A DNA stretch of 64,000 nucleotides, taken from NCBI GenBank assembly GCA_963555995.3, contig OY821641.1, positions 1,792,001-1,856,000 of the forward strand. Reading direction: 5' to 3'. The notes beneath the pieces are model-generated. The model saw nothing but the letters and a program-made list of their open reading frames with translations. It was not told where the DNA came from and did not search any database. Both the position numbers and the translations under genes were made by a program. The stretch comes from Vicinamibacteria bacterium (lineage in GTDB: Bacteria; Acidobacteriota; Vicinamibacteria; Marinacidobacterales; Marinacidobacteraceae). Numbering within the stretch: position 1 is the first letter of the stretch; each line of letters opens with the position of its first letter. Positions 9,942 to 20,852 of this stretch are shown here, piece after piece.

Positions 9942-10531
9942 GGCGCTTCGGCCGCGTCGTCCTTCCCCTGCTCGTAGCGGAGAATCGCGGGCTCCTGCTC
10001 CAGCAGGAAATCCAGCGGGCCCCGCCCGGTGAGCAGGCACCGGCGTGCGAAGGGGGGCAGCTCGAACCGGGCCGAACCCCCGTCCGGGAGCGACACCGTC
10101 CCGGCTTCCACGTCAATCACGATCTCGGCCCCGGGACGGGAGACGAGCTGCCGGTGGGCCGACGGCTCGATCTCCACCGGGACGAGGCCGTTCCGGACCG
10201 CATTCCCCTTGAAGATGTCCGCGATCGAAGGACTCACGACGGCGGCGAAGCCGTGGTCGGCAAGCGCCCAGGGGGCGTGCTCGCGCGACGAGCCGCAGCC
10301 GAAGTTGGCGCCGGCGACCAGGATGCGGGCCCCTTCCGCCTCCGGGCGGTTGAGCGGGAACTCGGGGCGCAGCGCCCCCGCCCGGTCGCGGCGCCAGTCG
10401 GCGAACAGCGAGGCGCCCAGTCCGTCCGTGCGGGTGCCGGTCAGGAAGCGGGCCGGAATGATCTGGTCGGTGTCCACGTTGTCGGCGGGGAGCACGACCG
10501 TGCGGGAGGCGATGCGGGCCACGGGATGCAT
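9938..10531 (-). CDS. leuD: 3-isopropylmalate dehydratase small subunit
   Basis: NVDTDQIIPARFL, NFGCGSSREHA. Confidence 0.97.
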   Translation of the reverse strand: MHPVARIASRTVVLPADNVDTDQIIPARFLTGTRTDGLGASLFADWRRDRAGALRPEFPLNRPEAEGARILVAGANFGCGSSREHAPWALADHGFAAVVSPSIADIFKGNAVRNGLVPVEIEPSAHRQLVSRPGAEIVIDVEAGTVSLPDGGSARFELPPFARRCLLTGRGPLDFLLEQEPAILRYEQGKDDAAEAP

Positions 10532-10538
10532 GGGTCGT

Positions 10539-11945
10539 TCAATCCTGGAGGAAAGGCCGGGGATCGGCGACCGCTCCGGCGAGCGCGGAGGCGGCGGCGG
10601 TCACCGGCGAGGCCAACACGGTGCGGCCTCCGGGTCCCTGCCGGCCCTCGAAGTTGCGGTTCGAGGTCGAGACCGCGAGTTCCTTCGGCGACAGCCGGTC
10701 CCCGTTCATGGCGATGCACATCGAGCAGCCCGGCGCCCGCCACTCGGCCCCGGCGCTCCGGAACACCTCGTCGAGGCCCTCCGCCTCCGCCTGGCGGCGC
10801 ACCTTCGCCGACCCCGGGACCACCAGCAGTTGGGTGGCGGGATTCGTCCGGCGGCCGGCCAGCACCCGCGCCGCGGCCCGCAGGTCGGAGATCCGGGCGT
10901 TGGTGCAGCTCCCGATGAAGACCACGTCGGCGGGCCGGCCGAGGAGGGGCCGCCCCGCCTCGATCCCCATGTAGTCGAGCGCCGCCCGCTCTTCGGCGTC
11001 GGCGGGCGCCGGGACCGCCTCCGAGATCCCGCACGACATCCCGGGGTTCGTCCCCCAGGTGACCATGGGTTCGAGCGACCCGGCATCGAAGGACAGCAGC
11101 CGGTCGAAGGCGGCGCCCTCGTCGGTGGGCAACCGGCGCCAGCGGGCGACGAGGCCGGCGAAGGCGTCCCCGGACGGGACGTGTTCCCTCCCTTCAAGGT
11201 ATGCGAAGGTCGTCTCGTCGGGGGCGATCAGACCGGCGCGCGCTCCGGCCTCGATGGACATGTTGCAAAGCGTCATGCGCGCTTCCATGTCGAGCGCCCG
11301 AACCGCCCCGCCCCGGTATTCGATGACGTGTCCCCGGCCCGCCGCGACGCCGAACCGGCGGATCACCCCGAGGATCAGGTCCTTGGCCGAGACGCCCGCT
11401 CCCAGCCGTCCCGAGATCTCGATGCCGAGGGTGCGGGGGCGCTCCTGCAGCAGGCACTGGGTGGCGAGCACCTGGGCGACCTCGGTCGTCCCGATCCCGA
11501 ACGCCCAGGCGCCGAAGGCGCCGTGGGTGCTCGTGTGGCTGTCCCCGCAGACGATGGTGCGTCCGGGCTGGGTGAGGCCGAGTTCCGGGCCGATGACGTG
11601 GACGATGCCCTGCCCGGGATCGCCCATCCGGAAGAGCGGGACGCCGTGCTCCTCGCAGTTCCGCTCGAGGGTCTGGACCTGGTTCCGGGTGGCCCGGTTC
11701 AGGAACGCGGGCCGGCCCTCCACGAAGCGCGTCGGAATCGAATGGTCCACGGTCGCCCAGGTCCGGTCCGGACGGCGGACCCGCAGTCCCCGTTTCCGGA
11801 GCAGGGCGAAGGCTTGGGGCGAGGTCACCTCGTGGATCAGGTGGGTGTCCACGTAGATGACCGCGGGATGGTCCGGGCCGGCCGGGACCGCCTCGTGGGC
11901 GTCCCAGATCTTGTCGAAGAGCGTGCGCGGCTGCTCCGGCGTCAC
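10539..11945 (-). CDS. leuC: 3-isopropylmalate dehydratase large subunit
   Basis: [50 protein letters not shown]; GTG 11945. Confidence 0.97.
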   Translation of the reverse strand: MTPEQPRTLFDKIWDAHEAVPAGPDHPAVIYVDTHLIHEVTSPQAFALLRKRGLRVRRPDRTWATVDHSIPTRFVEGRPAFLNRATRNQVQTLERNCEEHGVPLFRMGDPGQGIVHVIGPELGLTQPGRTIVCGDSHTSTHGAFGAWAFGIGTTEVAQVLATQCLLQERPRTLGIEISGRLGAGVSAKDLILGVIRRFGVAAGRGHVIEYRGGAVRALDMEARMTLCNMSIEAGARAGLIAPDETTFAYLEGREHVPSGDAFAGLVARWRRLPTDEGAAFDRLLSFDAGSLEPMVTWGTNPGMSCGISEAVPAPADAEERAALDYMGIEAGRPLLGRPADVVFIGSCTNARISDLRAAARVLAGRRTNPATQLLVVPGSAKVRRQAEAEGLDEVFRSAGAEWRAPGCSMCIAMNGDRLSPKELAVSTSNRNFEGRQGPGGRTVLASPVTAAASALAGAVADPRPFLQD

Positions 11946-12478
11946 GTCGCTTCTCCCTTTTCCCGGACGCGCCGGGTGCGCGCCCGGTTCTCCGCGTCCT
12001 TGAGCCGCCAGCGGCGCTCCGCCTCCGAGGAGACCGCCACCAGGACCAGGCCGTTCAACAGTCCCATGCGGGGCACCGCTTCCCAGCCGCCGCCAGGGTC
12101 GAGTTCGCCGAGACGTTCGGCGAGCCGGCCCGGATCGCGCTCGCAACGGACGGCTTCGAGCGCCTCGTCCGAGAAACCGGACAGCGGCGAGCCGCCGTCG
12201 CCAAGCCCCAGGAGGCGGCTCCCCGCCCTCCCGAGGGCCTGCCGCTCGGCGTCCGAGAGCGTCGGCTCCCCGAGACGCCGGGCGCGCGCCTCGGCCCGTT
12301 CGGCGACGAGTTCACGGGCGGCCTTCCGGTAGGCCGCGAAGGAATGCCGCTTCGCGACGAGGGGCCCCAGCAGCGCCGGCAGCTCCCCGGGATCGTCCAG
12401 TCGGGCGAGTCGCGACAGGACCTTGAGCGGCCGTTTCTCGAGCGAGCCGCGGGGACCCGGGCGCTTTTTCGGGGGCAA
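11942..12478 (-). CDS. Hypothetical protein between leuA and leuC
   Basis: 178-aa ORF filling the gap; its stop overlaps the leuC GTG; no recognisable motif. Confidence 0.55.
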   Translation of the reverse strand: MPPKKRPGPRGSLEKRPLKVLSRLARLDDPGELPALLGPLVAKRHSFAAYRKAARELVAERAEARARRLGEPTLSDAERQALGRAGSRLLGLGDGGSPLSGFSDEALEAVRCERDPGRLAERLGELDPGGGWEAVPRMGLLNGLVLVAVSSEAERRWRLKDAENRARTRRVREKGEAT

Positions 12479-12553
12479 GGGGCGCGGAGCCTATACGACA
12501 GTGCGACGGGAGGCGTCTCCCGTCCGCCGATCCGGGAAGCGCCCGCTGCCGTC

Positions 12554-13755
<1,202 letters not shown>

Positions 13756-13759
<4 letters not shown>

Positions 13760-13830
13760 GTTGGGTTTTCCCGAGGAGGGCCGGAGTCGCGGCGCTCCCG
13801 GCCCGAAAGAAGAACGACCCCGGCGACCAT
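13756..13830 (-). CDS. Candidate leader peptide MVAGVVLLSGRERRDSGPPRENPT
   Basis: 24-codon ORF with GTC GTT CTT CTT; its TGA overlaps the leuA ATG (ATGA). Confidence 0.4.
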
Positions 13831-13845
13831 GGAGGTCGCCGGGGC
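13806..13845 (-). terminator. Terminator/attenuator-like hairpin in the leuA leader
   Basis: 11-bp stem CCCCGGCGACC-tccat-GGTCGCCGGGG followed by TCGTTCTTCTTT. Confidence 0.5.
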
Positions 13846-13860
13846 GATACCGCGATGTCA

Positions 13861-13889
13861 ACCGTAGACCCCGGAGGGGGCCATGTCAA
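13861..13889 (-). promoter_or_regulatory. Sigma70-type promoter upstream of leuA
   Basis: TTGACA (13889-13884), 17-bp spacer, TACGGT (13866-13861). Confidence 0.6.
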
Positions 13890-13956
13890 AGCGCTGGCGG
13901 CGCTTTGCGGTCGAGCCCGGCTCCGGGCGCCTTCCGGCCCCGGACGCCGGTCCGCC

Positions 13957-15054
13957 TCAGGAGCCGAACAGCATCCCCCAGTCCATCACTACCGGCTCCG
14001 GAGTGAAGCAGAGGGCGAAGGTGGCGGCGCCCGCGGCGGCCAGCAACCGGCGGCTCCGCCCGAGCGGGGCGTCGTCGTCGAGGGTCGGGGGATGCGGCCG
14101 CCGGGCGCCGAGCAGGAGGCAGAGCAGGCCCCACACGAGCCAGGTCGGGGACCACAGGGCGAGCGGGAACATGAGCAGGTGGACCGTCTTCGAGAGCCGC
14201 GCCGCGCGCCCCCGGAACACCGCGTAGAGCGCGTGCCCGCCGTCGAGCTGGCCCATCGGCAGCAGGTTGATCGCGGTGACGAGCAGGCCGAACCAGGCGG
14301 CGAGTCCCATGGGGCTCAGATACAGGACCTGCCCGTCGGGAACCGCCGGACCGAACGCCGACGCGAACCACTGGAAGAGGATCGGTTCCCCGAACTGGAT
14401 CCCGCCCGCCGCCAGCGGCCCGGGACGCGAGGAGGCGACGCCCGCCGCCAGGAGCGGCAGGCAGACGAGGAAACCGGCGATGGGTCCGGCAAGCCCTACG
14501 TCCATCAGCGCCCGGCGGTTCGGGAACGGCGACCGGATCCGGATGAAGGCGCCGAGCGTCCCCACGATCGTGAACGGCATGGGCAGGAAGTAGGGGAGGC
14601 TGGCGTCCACCCGGTAGTGGCGCGCCGTGAGGTAGTGCCCGAACTCGTGGCACAGGAGGATCGCCAGCAGCGAGAACGAATACGGGATTCCGTAGCGGAT
14701 CCAGAGCAGCGTCCACTCGATGCCGGAACGCGCATCCTCGGGCGCCCGGAAGAGTTCCGGCGCTTCGGCGGCGATGCCGAGCGCGCCGCCCACCCAGAGG
14801 GTGGTGCCGACCGTGGCGAGGAAGAGCGCCGCCGGCAGCAGGAATCGCGGGGGTCCCGGCGCCGCTTCCGGGGAGCGCCGGTCTTCAGACCGGCACAGCG
14901 GGCCGAAGGCCCGCGGATGTCGTGTCGCTGCTTGCAGTGATGAACCGAGAGCAGAGCGCCACCGCGCCGGCCCGCGTCGTGCCGTGCGCTGCGCTCTCGC
15001 GCAGCGCGTGCCGGTCTGAAGACCGGCGCTCCCAGCCGTTTCGGCGCCGTTCAT
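13957..15054 (-). CDS. Site-2 protease (peptidase M50); N-terminus formed by an in-frame REPIN
   Basis: HEFGH, GLAGP, NLLPMGQLDGGH; the ATG overlapping the upstream stop is the nearest canonical start before TM1. Confidence 0.85.
   Translation of the reverse strand: MNGAETAGSAGLQTGTRCARAQRTARRGPARWRSALGSSLQAATRHPRAFGPLCRSEDRRSPEAAPGPPRFLLPAALFLATVGTTLWVGGALGIAAEAPELFRAPEDARSGIEWTLLWIRYGIPYSFSLLAILLCHEFGHYLTARHYRVDASLPYFLPMPFTIVGTLGAFIRIRSPFPNRRALMDVGLAGPIAGFLVCLPLLAAGVASSRPGPLAAGGIQFGEPILFQWFASAFGPAVPDGQVLYLSPMGLAAWFGLLVTAINLLPMGQLDGGHALYAVFRGRAARLSKTVHLLMFPLALWSPTWLVWGLLCLLLGARRPHPPTLDDDAPLGRSRRLLAAAGAATFALCFTPEPVVMDWGMLFGS
14871..15033. repeat. REPIN (inverted pair of REP-like palindromes)
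   Basis: GGGAGCGCCGGTCTTCAGACCGGC at 14871; exact inverse ending 15033. Confidence 0.85.
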
Positions 15055-16340
15055 CGCTCCGGATAGAGGAGGTGGGGGCTTCGTTCCTCGAGGAACGCGG
15101 CCACCGCGGCGGCTTCGGCATCCATCAGGTCGTCCACCGGGACCCCGGCATCCATTCCCCGGCGAACGCGGTCGGTCCCGAGCAGCAGGTCCAGCCAGTA
15201 GCGCTCTCCGCCCGCGCGCCAGCCGAAATCGCCGGGATGCGCGCGACGGACCGCCTCGATCGCCCGGAGACCGCTGCGCACCGGCCGGAAGGCCGGAAGG
15301 TCGGTGATCTCGACCCGCAGCCCGTTGCTCGCCTCGTCGCTGAAGCGCGGGTTCGGCGCCGCCGGCCCCGGCCGGGGAGTGAAACGCGCTTCCGCGAATC
15401 GCACTCCGGGAAGCGCCGCGCCTCCCCCGAGCTCCCTGATCCAGGCGGCGGCGTCCACCCACGGCGCTCCCACCACCTCGAAGGGGGTGTCCGTCCCCCT
15501 GCCCTCCGAGAGCATCACGCCCTCGAACAGGCCGAACCCCGGATACACGAGGGCGCTTTCGAGCGTCGGGATGTTCGGCGACGGCGGGCGCCACGGGAGC
15601 CCCGTCTCTTCCCAGCGGGTACCGCGGGTGAGACCCTTCACCGGAACCACCCGGACCCCTGCCCCCTCGCGCGCCGCGAACAGCCGCGCCAGTTCTCCGA
15701 CGGTCATCCCGTGGAGGAGGGGGAGCCGGTCCGTCCCCACGAAGGAGCGGAACTCCGGGTCGAGCATCGGCCCCTCCACCCGGTCGCCGCCGTTCGGGTT
15801 GGGGCGGTCCAGCACCCAGAACCCGATTCCGGCCCGGTGCGCGGCGACGAGCGCGTTCCGCAGCGTGGAGATGTAGGTGTAGTAGCGGACCCCGATGTCC
15901 TGGATGTCGAAGACGAGCGCGTCGAGGCCGGCGAGCGAGGTCCCGTCGGGGCTGCGCCGCTCCCCGTAGAGGCTGACCACCGGCAGCCCGGTTTCCGGAT
16001 CCCGGCCCGACGCGACCTCCTCGCCGGCGGCGGCCGACCCGGAGACCCCGTGCTCCGGACCGAAGAGCAGGGCGACCTCCACCCCGGCCCCGATCAGGGC
16101 CGCCGCCGCCGACTGCCCGGCGACGGTGCGGCCGGTGTGGTTCGTGACCAGTCCCACCCGCATCCCCCGGAGGTCTCCCGGCCCCTCGGCGACGATCCGG
16201 TCGAGGCCGGGCAGCACCGCGGACGGGAGCGGATCGTCCCCCGCCGGGCCGCAGGACAAGAGCACCGCGCACCCCAGCAGAACCGCCCGGGCGCGGGATG
16301 CGCCGCTCAAGTTCGCCCGACGGTCAGACGAGCCGGTCAA
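15051..16340 (-). CDS. Exo-beta-N-acetylmuramidase NamZ (DUF1343) family lipoprotein
   Basis: VGLVTNHTG, LFGPEHG, FDIQDIGVRYYTY, VLDRPNP, HGMTVGELA, PSPNIP, SEGRGT. Confidence 0.9.
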   Translation of the reverse strand: MTGSSDRRANLSGASRARAVLLGCAVLLSCGPAGDDPLPSAVLPGLDRIVAEGPGDLRGMRVGLVTNHTGRTVAGQSAAAALIGAGVEVALLFGPEHGVSGSAAAGEEVASGRDPETGLPVVSLYGERRSPDGTSLAGLDALVFDIQDIGVRYYTYISTLRNALVAAHRAGIGFWVLDRPNPNGGDRVEGPMLDPEFRSFVGTDRLPLLHGMTVGELARLFAAREGAGVRVVPVKGLTRGTRWEETGLPWRPPSPNIPTLESALVYPGFGLFEGVMLSEGRGTDTPFEVVGAPWVDAAAWIRELGGGAALPGVRFAEARFTPRPGPAAPNPRFSDEASNGLRVEITDLPAFRPVRSGLRAIEAVRRAHPGDFGWRAGGERYWLDLLLGTDRVRRGMDAGVPVDDLMDAEAAAVAAFLEERSPHLLYPER

Positions 16341-17406
16341 CCCAGCCGTAGGGATCGGGACGCCGCCCCAGCCGGATGCCGGTCAGCCGCTCGCGCAGTT
16401 CGTCCTGGACCGGCGTGTCCTCCGGGAGGCGGATCTCGACGCCCCCGCCGGTAAGCCGCGCCACCGGGGTCACTACCGCCGCGGTCCCCACCCCGAAACA
16501 CTCGCGGAGGCTGCCGCTCTCCGACGCCTCGGCGACCTCCTCGATGGAGACGGGCCGCTCGTCCACCCCGGTCCCCATCTGGTCGCACAGCAGGCGGATC
16601 GCGCTGTCGCGGGTCACCCCCGGCAGGATCGTCCCTCCGAGGGGCGGCGTCACCACCCGGTCGCCGATGACGAACATCATGTTCATCGTGCCGCACTCCT
16701 CGATGAACCGGTGTTCCTTCGAGTCGAGCCACAGCACGTTGTCGCAGCCGTGCTCCGAGGCTTCCTTCATCCCGTAGTAGCTGGCCGAATAGTTCCCCGC
16801 CGCCTTCGCCTCCCCGATGCCCCCTTCCGCGGCGCGGATCCACCTCCGGGTCACGTAGAGGCTCACCGACCCCTCGTAGTAGGCCCCGACCGGAGCGGTC
16901 ATGATGTGGAAGCGGTACTCCCGCGAGGGGCTCACCCCGATGTAGGGATCGGCGGCGAACAGGAAGGGGCGGATGTAGAGCGAGCCGAACTCGTTGGGCG
17001 GGATCCACCCCCGGTCGAGCCGGACGAGTTCCCGGATCCCGCCCAGGAAGATGTCCTCCGGAACCTCGGCCATCACCATCCGGCGGGCCGACCGGTTCAT
17101 CCGCCGCCAGTTCTCCTCGGGCCGGAAGAGCACCGGGACGCCGTCGTCGGTGAGGTGGGCCTTCATTCCCTCGAAGATCGCCTGCGCGTAGTGCAGGACC
17201 GCCGTCGCGGGGTGCAGCGCGATGTCCCCGAACGGCACGATCTCGGGGTCGTCCCAAACCCCGTCGAGACAGCGCGCCGACAGCATGTGGTCGCTGTACA
17301 CCCGGCCGAAGGCGACGTTCGCGAGATCCACCTCCGGCAGCCGGGACTCCGCGACCCGCTCGATCGCGATGGACGTGGTGGCGGCGGCAACGGGCGGCGG
17401 GCTCAT
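16324..17406 (-). CDS. ilvE: Branched-chain amino acid aminotransferase
   Basis: LHYAQAIFEGMKA, LYIRPF, AKAAGNY, ILPGVTR, GTAAVVTP. Confidence 0.95.
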   Translation of the reverse strand: MSPPPVAAATTSIAIERVAESRLPEVDLANVAFGRVYSDHMLSARCLDGVWDDPEIVPFGDIALHPATAVLHYAQAIFEGMKAHLTDDGVPVLFRPEENWRRMNRSARRMVMAEVPEDIFLGGIRELVRLDRGWIPPNEFGSLYIRPFLFAADPYIGVSPSREYRFHIMTAPVGAYYEGSVSLYVTRRWIRAAEGGIGEAKAAGNYSASYYGMKEASEHGCDNVLWLDSKEHRFIEECGTMNMMFVIGDRVVTPPLGGTILPGVTRDSAIRLLCDQMGTGVDERPVSIEEVAEASESGSLRECFGVGTAAVVTPVARLTGGGVEIRLPEDTPVQDELRERLTGIRLGRRPDPYGWVDRLV

Positions 17407-17450
17407 CGGCGCCGGATGCTAGCAGCCTGTGGGAGTTCGTCGAACCCGGA

Positions 17451-17783
17451 TCACCGCGCCAGCCGCGCGCTGACCAGCCGGTTCAGGCTCACCCCCTCCT
17501 CGGCCGCCCTGATTGCGAGATCGCGGTGGGTTTCGGGTGGTACCCGCACCACGAACCTGCCACTGTAGGTCCGGTCCGCCATGGGCTCGGGCGGCGATTC
17601 CCCGCGCGCCCGCATGTCCTCGAGCACCTCGCTGACCAGCGCCCGGATGCCCGAGAGGGCTTCACCCGGAGTCCGGGCCAACCAGCTTAGCGACGGGAAC
17701 TCCGCGCAGCGTCCAACGTGCTCGCCGTCCTCCGCCGACCACGTGATGCGGTACGTGTAGTGATCAGAATCTCGGCGTGCCAT
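17451..17783 (-). CDS. hicB: HicB-family antitoxin (orphan)
   Basis: YTYRITWSAEDGEHVGRCAEFPSLSW; C-terminal RHH YSGRFVVRVPPETHR...VSLN. Confidence 0.85.
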   Translation of the reverse strand: MARRDSDHYTYRITWSAEDGEHVGRCAEFPSLSWLARTPGEALSGIRALVSEVLEDMRARGESPPEPMADRTYSGRFVVRVPPETHRDLAIRAAEEGVSLNRLVSARLAR

Positions 17784-17789
17784 CAGCAC

Positions 17790-17810
17790 GATAGTATCAC
17801 TATTGGTATC
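17790..17810 (-). promoter_or_regulatory. Putative -10/operator of leaderless hicB
   Basis: GATACCAATAGTGATACTATC: palindrome ATAGT-GAT-ACTAT; TACTAT lies 7 nt before the ATG. Confidence 0.45.
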
Positions 17811-17845
17811 GGCAGACAGAATCGTTGCGCACTTTCGGAAACGGC

Positions 17846-18044
17846 CGGAGCGCCGGCCTCCGGCCGGCATCGCCGACCGCAGGGAGGCGAAACGCACGCC
17901 GCCACCGACCCACATGGAGTGATCCCACCCGGGCACGGCCCCGTGCCGCCGGAACGAGCCGAACGTGCCGCCGTTCACGGGGAGGAACGCCGTCAGCGCG
18001 GATTTCGCGCTCCCGCGCGATGCCAGCCGGAGGCTGGCGCTCCG
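17846..18044. repeat. REPIN, variant arms
   Basis: CGGAGCGCCGGCCTCCGGCCGGCATC ... GATGCCAGCCGGAGGCTGGCGCTCCG. Confidence 0.7.
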
Positions 18045-18063
18045 ACGCGAACCGGCGGACGGT

Positions 18064-19407
18064 TCAGGCAGATCTTCCCGCTCGGGCCGTCCGGCGGCGC
18101 CGCACCATGACGACCGCCCACCCGGCGATCCCGGCCAGTGCGAGGGGCCACAGCAGCCACGACCAGGACGGCGGCGCCCCGCCGGAGATCGCCCAGGCGC
18201 GGGAGAGTTCGGAGACGCGCGACTCGAGCAGGTGCCAGGCGGCGTGGCCGGCGATCACCGAGAGCAGCGCGCTCACCGCGAACCGGGACCGGTCGGTCCC
18301 CGAGAGCAGGTGCAGCAGCGGGATCACGGCGAGCACCACCGCCGCCTGCCCGGCCTCCACTCCCACGTTGAACGAGAAGAGCGCGAGCGGCAGGTGGTCC
18401 CCCGCGAACGCGAGGGACTCGCCGAGGGCGAACGCGAAGCCGAAGCCGTGGAAGAGCCCGAAGACGAACGCGAGCACGGTCCGGCGCACCACGCTCGCCG
18501 AAATCAGGTTCTCGATCGCCGTGTAGAGGATCGAGAGCGCCACCACGCCCTCGACGAGGGGAACGAACCACAGCGCCTCGGGGGCATGGCCGAGGGCCGC
18601 CGCCACCAGGGTCACCGAATGGGCGACCGTGAACCCGGTCACCATGATGAGGAGGTGCTTGATGCGGGACAGCCGCCCGAAGGGCGCGATGAGGCAGATC
18701 AGGAACAGCAGGTGGTCCCAGCCGGTGAGGATGTGCTCGACTCCCGACCGCCCGAAGGCGAAGAACGCCTGCCAGGGGGAGGGGTCGAGCGCCACCCGGC
18801 CCTCCCGGACGCTGATGTGGTAGAGGTTGCTCTTCCACGCCTCCCCGCCCTCTTCCCGGCGTTCGTAGAGCACGTCGAGCGCCACCCGGTCGCCGAAGCC
18901 CGGCGCCACGTTGCACTCGATGGCGACGCTCCCCTCGGCGGGCGCCGGATAGGTCAGGTAGAAGTCGAGGAACCCCTGGTTCCAGAAGACCTGGGTGTCC
19001 GCCGGCAGCGGATCCGAGAGCACCTTGTCCCGCGCCGACTCGAAGTCGGTGAAGGAGCGGTCCCACGGCAGCGCGACCCGGAAGGCCCGGAGGGTGGCGG
19101 GAAGCGCCGCACCGTCGGGATGGAAGAGCGGCGCCTCGGAAGCGAAGACCTCCCCCGCCCGGCGCAGGACGGGCTCCGCCCGCTCGAAGTCGAGGTACCC
19201 GGCGCCCCACTTGGGGACGTTCAGCGAGAGCAGCAGGAGCAGCGGCACCCGCGCGACGAGGTGCAGCTCGCCGTCGGTCTCCCGGACGAACACCGGGATC
19301 CGGATCTCGTCGGGGATGTCGTGGGACGCCGCCGGAGGGGGCGCCGCGACCAGGGCAACGAAGGCGAGGAGCAGCAGGGAGGCCACGCTCCGGGTGCGCT
19401 TCGCCAT
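18064..19407 (-). CDS. HupE/UreJ family membrane protein
   Basis: Signal peptide ending ASH; GVEHILTGWDHLLF, FTVAHSVTL, FGLFHGFGFA, FNVGVE. Confidence 0.88.
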   Translation of the reverse strand: MAKRTRSVASLLLLAFVALVAAPPPAASHDIPDEIRIPVFVRETDGELHLVARVPLLLLLSLNVPKWGAGYLDFERAEPVLRRAGEVFASEAPLFHPDGAALPATLRAFRVALPWDRSFTDFESARDKVLSDPLPADTQVFWNQGFLDFYLTYPAPAEGSVAIECNVAPGFGDRVALDVLYERREEGGEAWKSNLYHISVREGRVALDPSPWQAFFAFGRSGVEHILTGWDHLLFLICLIAPFGRLSRIKHLLIMVTGFTVAHSVTLVAAALGHAPEALWFVPLVEGVVALSILYTAIENLISASVVRRTVLAFVFGLFHGFGFAFALGESLAFAGDHLPLALFSFNVGVEAGQAAVVLAVIPLLHLLSGTDRSRFAVSALLSVIAGHAAWHLLESRVSELSRAWAISGGAPPSWSWLLWPLALAGIAGWAVVMVRRRRTARAGRSA

Positions 19408-19529
19408 GCTCGGGTCAGCCCCTCCCCTCAGTCTGAAACCGACCGAGACCCGGCGCCCGCGGGGCGCGCCGGGAGTCTCGGAATCCGATGCGGGTGCGTA
19501 CGGTCAGTGGCGCGTGTCGGCGTCCGAAG

Positions 19530-20690
19530 TCAGTGGACGTGGCCCGTGTGGTCCACCACGAACTTCTGCGCCCGGCGTCCCTGGTTCACCTCGGCGGTGT
19601 AGAAGTTGCCGTCCGAGTCCACGACGACGTTGTGGACCCAGTGGAACTGGCCCGCGTTCCGGCCGCGGCGGCCGAAGTAGGCCTCGATCTCCAGTTCGGC
19701 GCGGTGGATGATGTGGATGCGCTGGTTCTGGCCGTCGGCGTTGTAGAGGTCCACCTGTCCCTCGTCCGGCGAGAGTTCGAGGTCCCAGGTCGAGCCGTTG
19801 CCGAGGCTGTTCCCCTCCACGATCATCTCGTCCACGTAGGTTCCGTCCTTCTCGAACACCTGGATGCGGTTGTTCACCCGGTCGGCCACGTACACCATGC
19901 CGTCCCGCGCGATCCGCACCGCGTGGACCGGCGTCCGGAACTGCTGGATGGGCTCTTCGCCCGGGACGAACCCTCCCGTGTCCTCGTCGGACGGTTCGTT
20001 GCCATAGGCGCCCCAGTGGCGCCGGTACTCGCCGGTCTCGGCGTCGAAGACGATGATCCGCTTGTTGAGGTACCCGTCGGCGATGTAGAGCTCGTTGGTC
20101 TCGGGGTCCACCTCCATGTCCGCGGGGCGGCCGAGGAACTCGGTGCTGTTGCTGCCCTCGGTGCGGCCCGCCTGCCCGATCTGCATCACGAAGGTGCCGT
20201 CCCCGCTGAACTTGAGGACCTGGTGGTCGTCGGGTCCGTTCCCGGCGAGCCAGACGTAGCCGAGGTGGTCCACGAAGATGCCGTGCTCGCTCGCCGGCCA
20301 CTCGTAGCCCTCGCCCGGATAGCCGGTCTGGTCGCCCCAACTGTCGAGCAGGTTCCCGTCGGCGTCGAACTTGAGCACCGGGGGCGCCGGGATGCAGCAC
20401 GCGGAGAGCGGCGGGTCCTGCACCAGGCCCGCCTCGTCGGCGTTCAGGCTGCGGGGACGCTGCACCAGCCAGATGTGGTCGTTCCCGTCCACCGCGATCC
20501 CGGAGACCTCACCCATCAGCCAGTCGTCGGGAAGCATCGGCCAGTGCGGATCCACCTCGGGCATTTCCGCGTGCTCGGCGTGCGGATCGTGCAGCGGCGC
20601 ACCGCTCGTCCGTTCGCCCGGGGCCTGGCAGCCGACGGCGAAAGCGATCCCCAGCGCCATCAAGAGAAGAGCCGGATTCTTGGTGTTCAT
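19530..20690 (-). CDS. NHL-repeat beta-propeller lipoprotein, paralog 1
   Basis: Lipobox FAVGC; repeats HGIFVD, LYIADGY, VYVADRVNNRIQVF. Confidence 0.85.
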   Translation of the reverse strand: MNTKNPALLLMALGIAFAVGCQAPGERTSGAPLHDPHAEHAEMPEVDPHWPMLPDDWLMGEVSGIAVDGNDHIWLVQRPRSLNADEAGLVQDPPLSACCIPAPPVLKFDADGNLLDSWGDQTGYPGEGYEWPASEHGIFVDHLGYVWLAGNGPDDHQVLKFSGDGTFVMQIGQAGRTEGSNSTEFLGRPADMEVDPETNELYIADGYLNKRIIVFDAETGEYRRHWGAYGNEPSDEDTGGFVPGEEPIQQFRTPVHAVRIARDGMVYVADRVNNRIQVFEKDGTYVDEMIVEGNSLGNGSTWDLELSPDEGQVDLYNADGQNQRIHIIHRAELEIEAYFGRRGRNAGQFHWVHNVVVDSDGNFYTAEVNQGRRAQKFVVDHTGHVH

Positions 20691-20852
20691 GTCGTTCTCC
20701 CGGAGTCGCAGCCCCGACGGATAGCAGTTGCCGGCGCCAGCAGGCGCCGAACCGAATGAGTGTACGGGAACCCCCGTCCGCGGCAAAACCGCGCGCCGCC
20801 GCAGCCGCGCACGACCGGGATCGTTCCGGCCCCGAGATTCTCGCGGTGGTTG

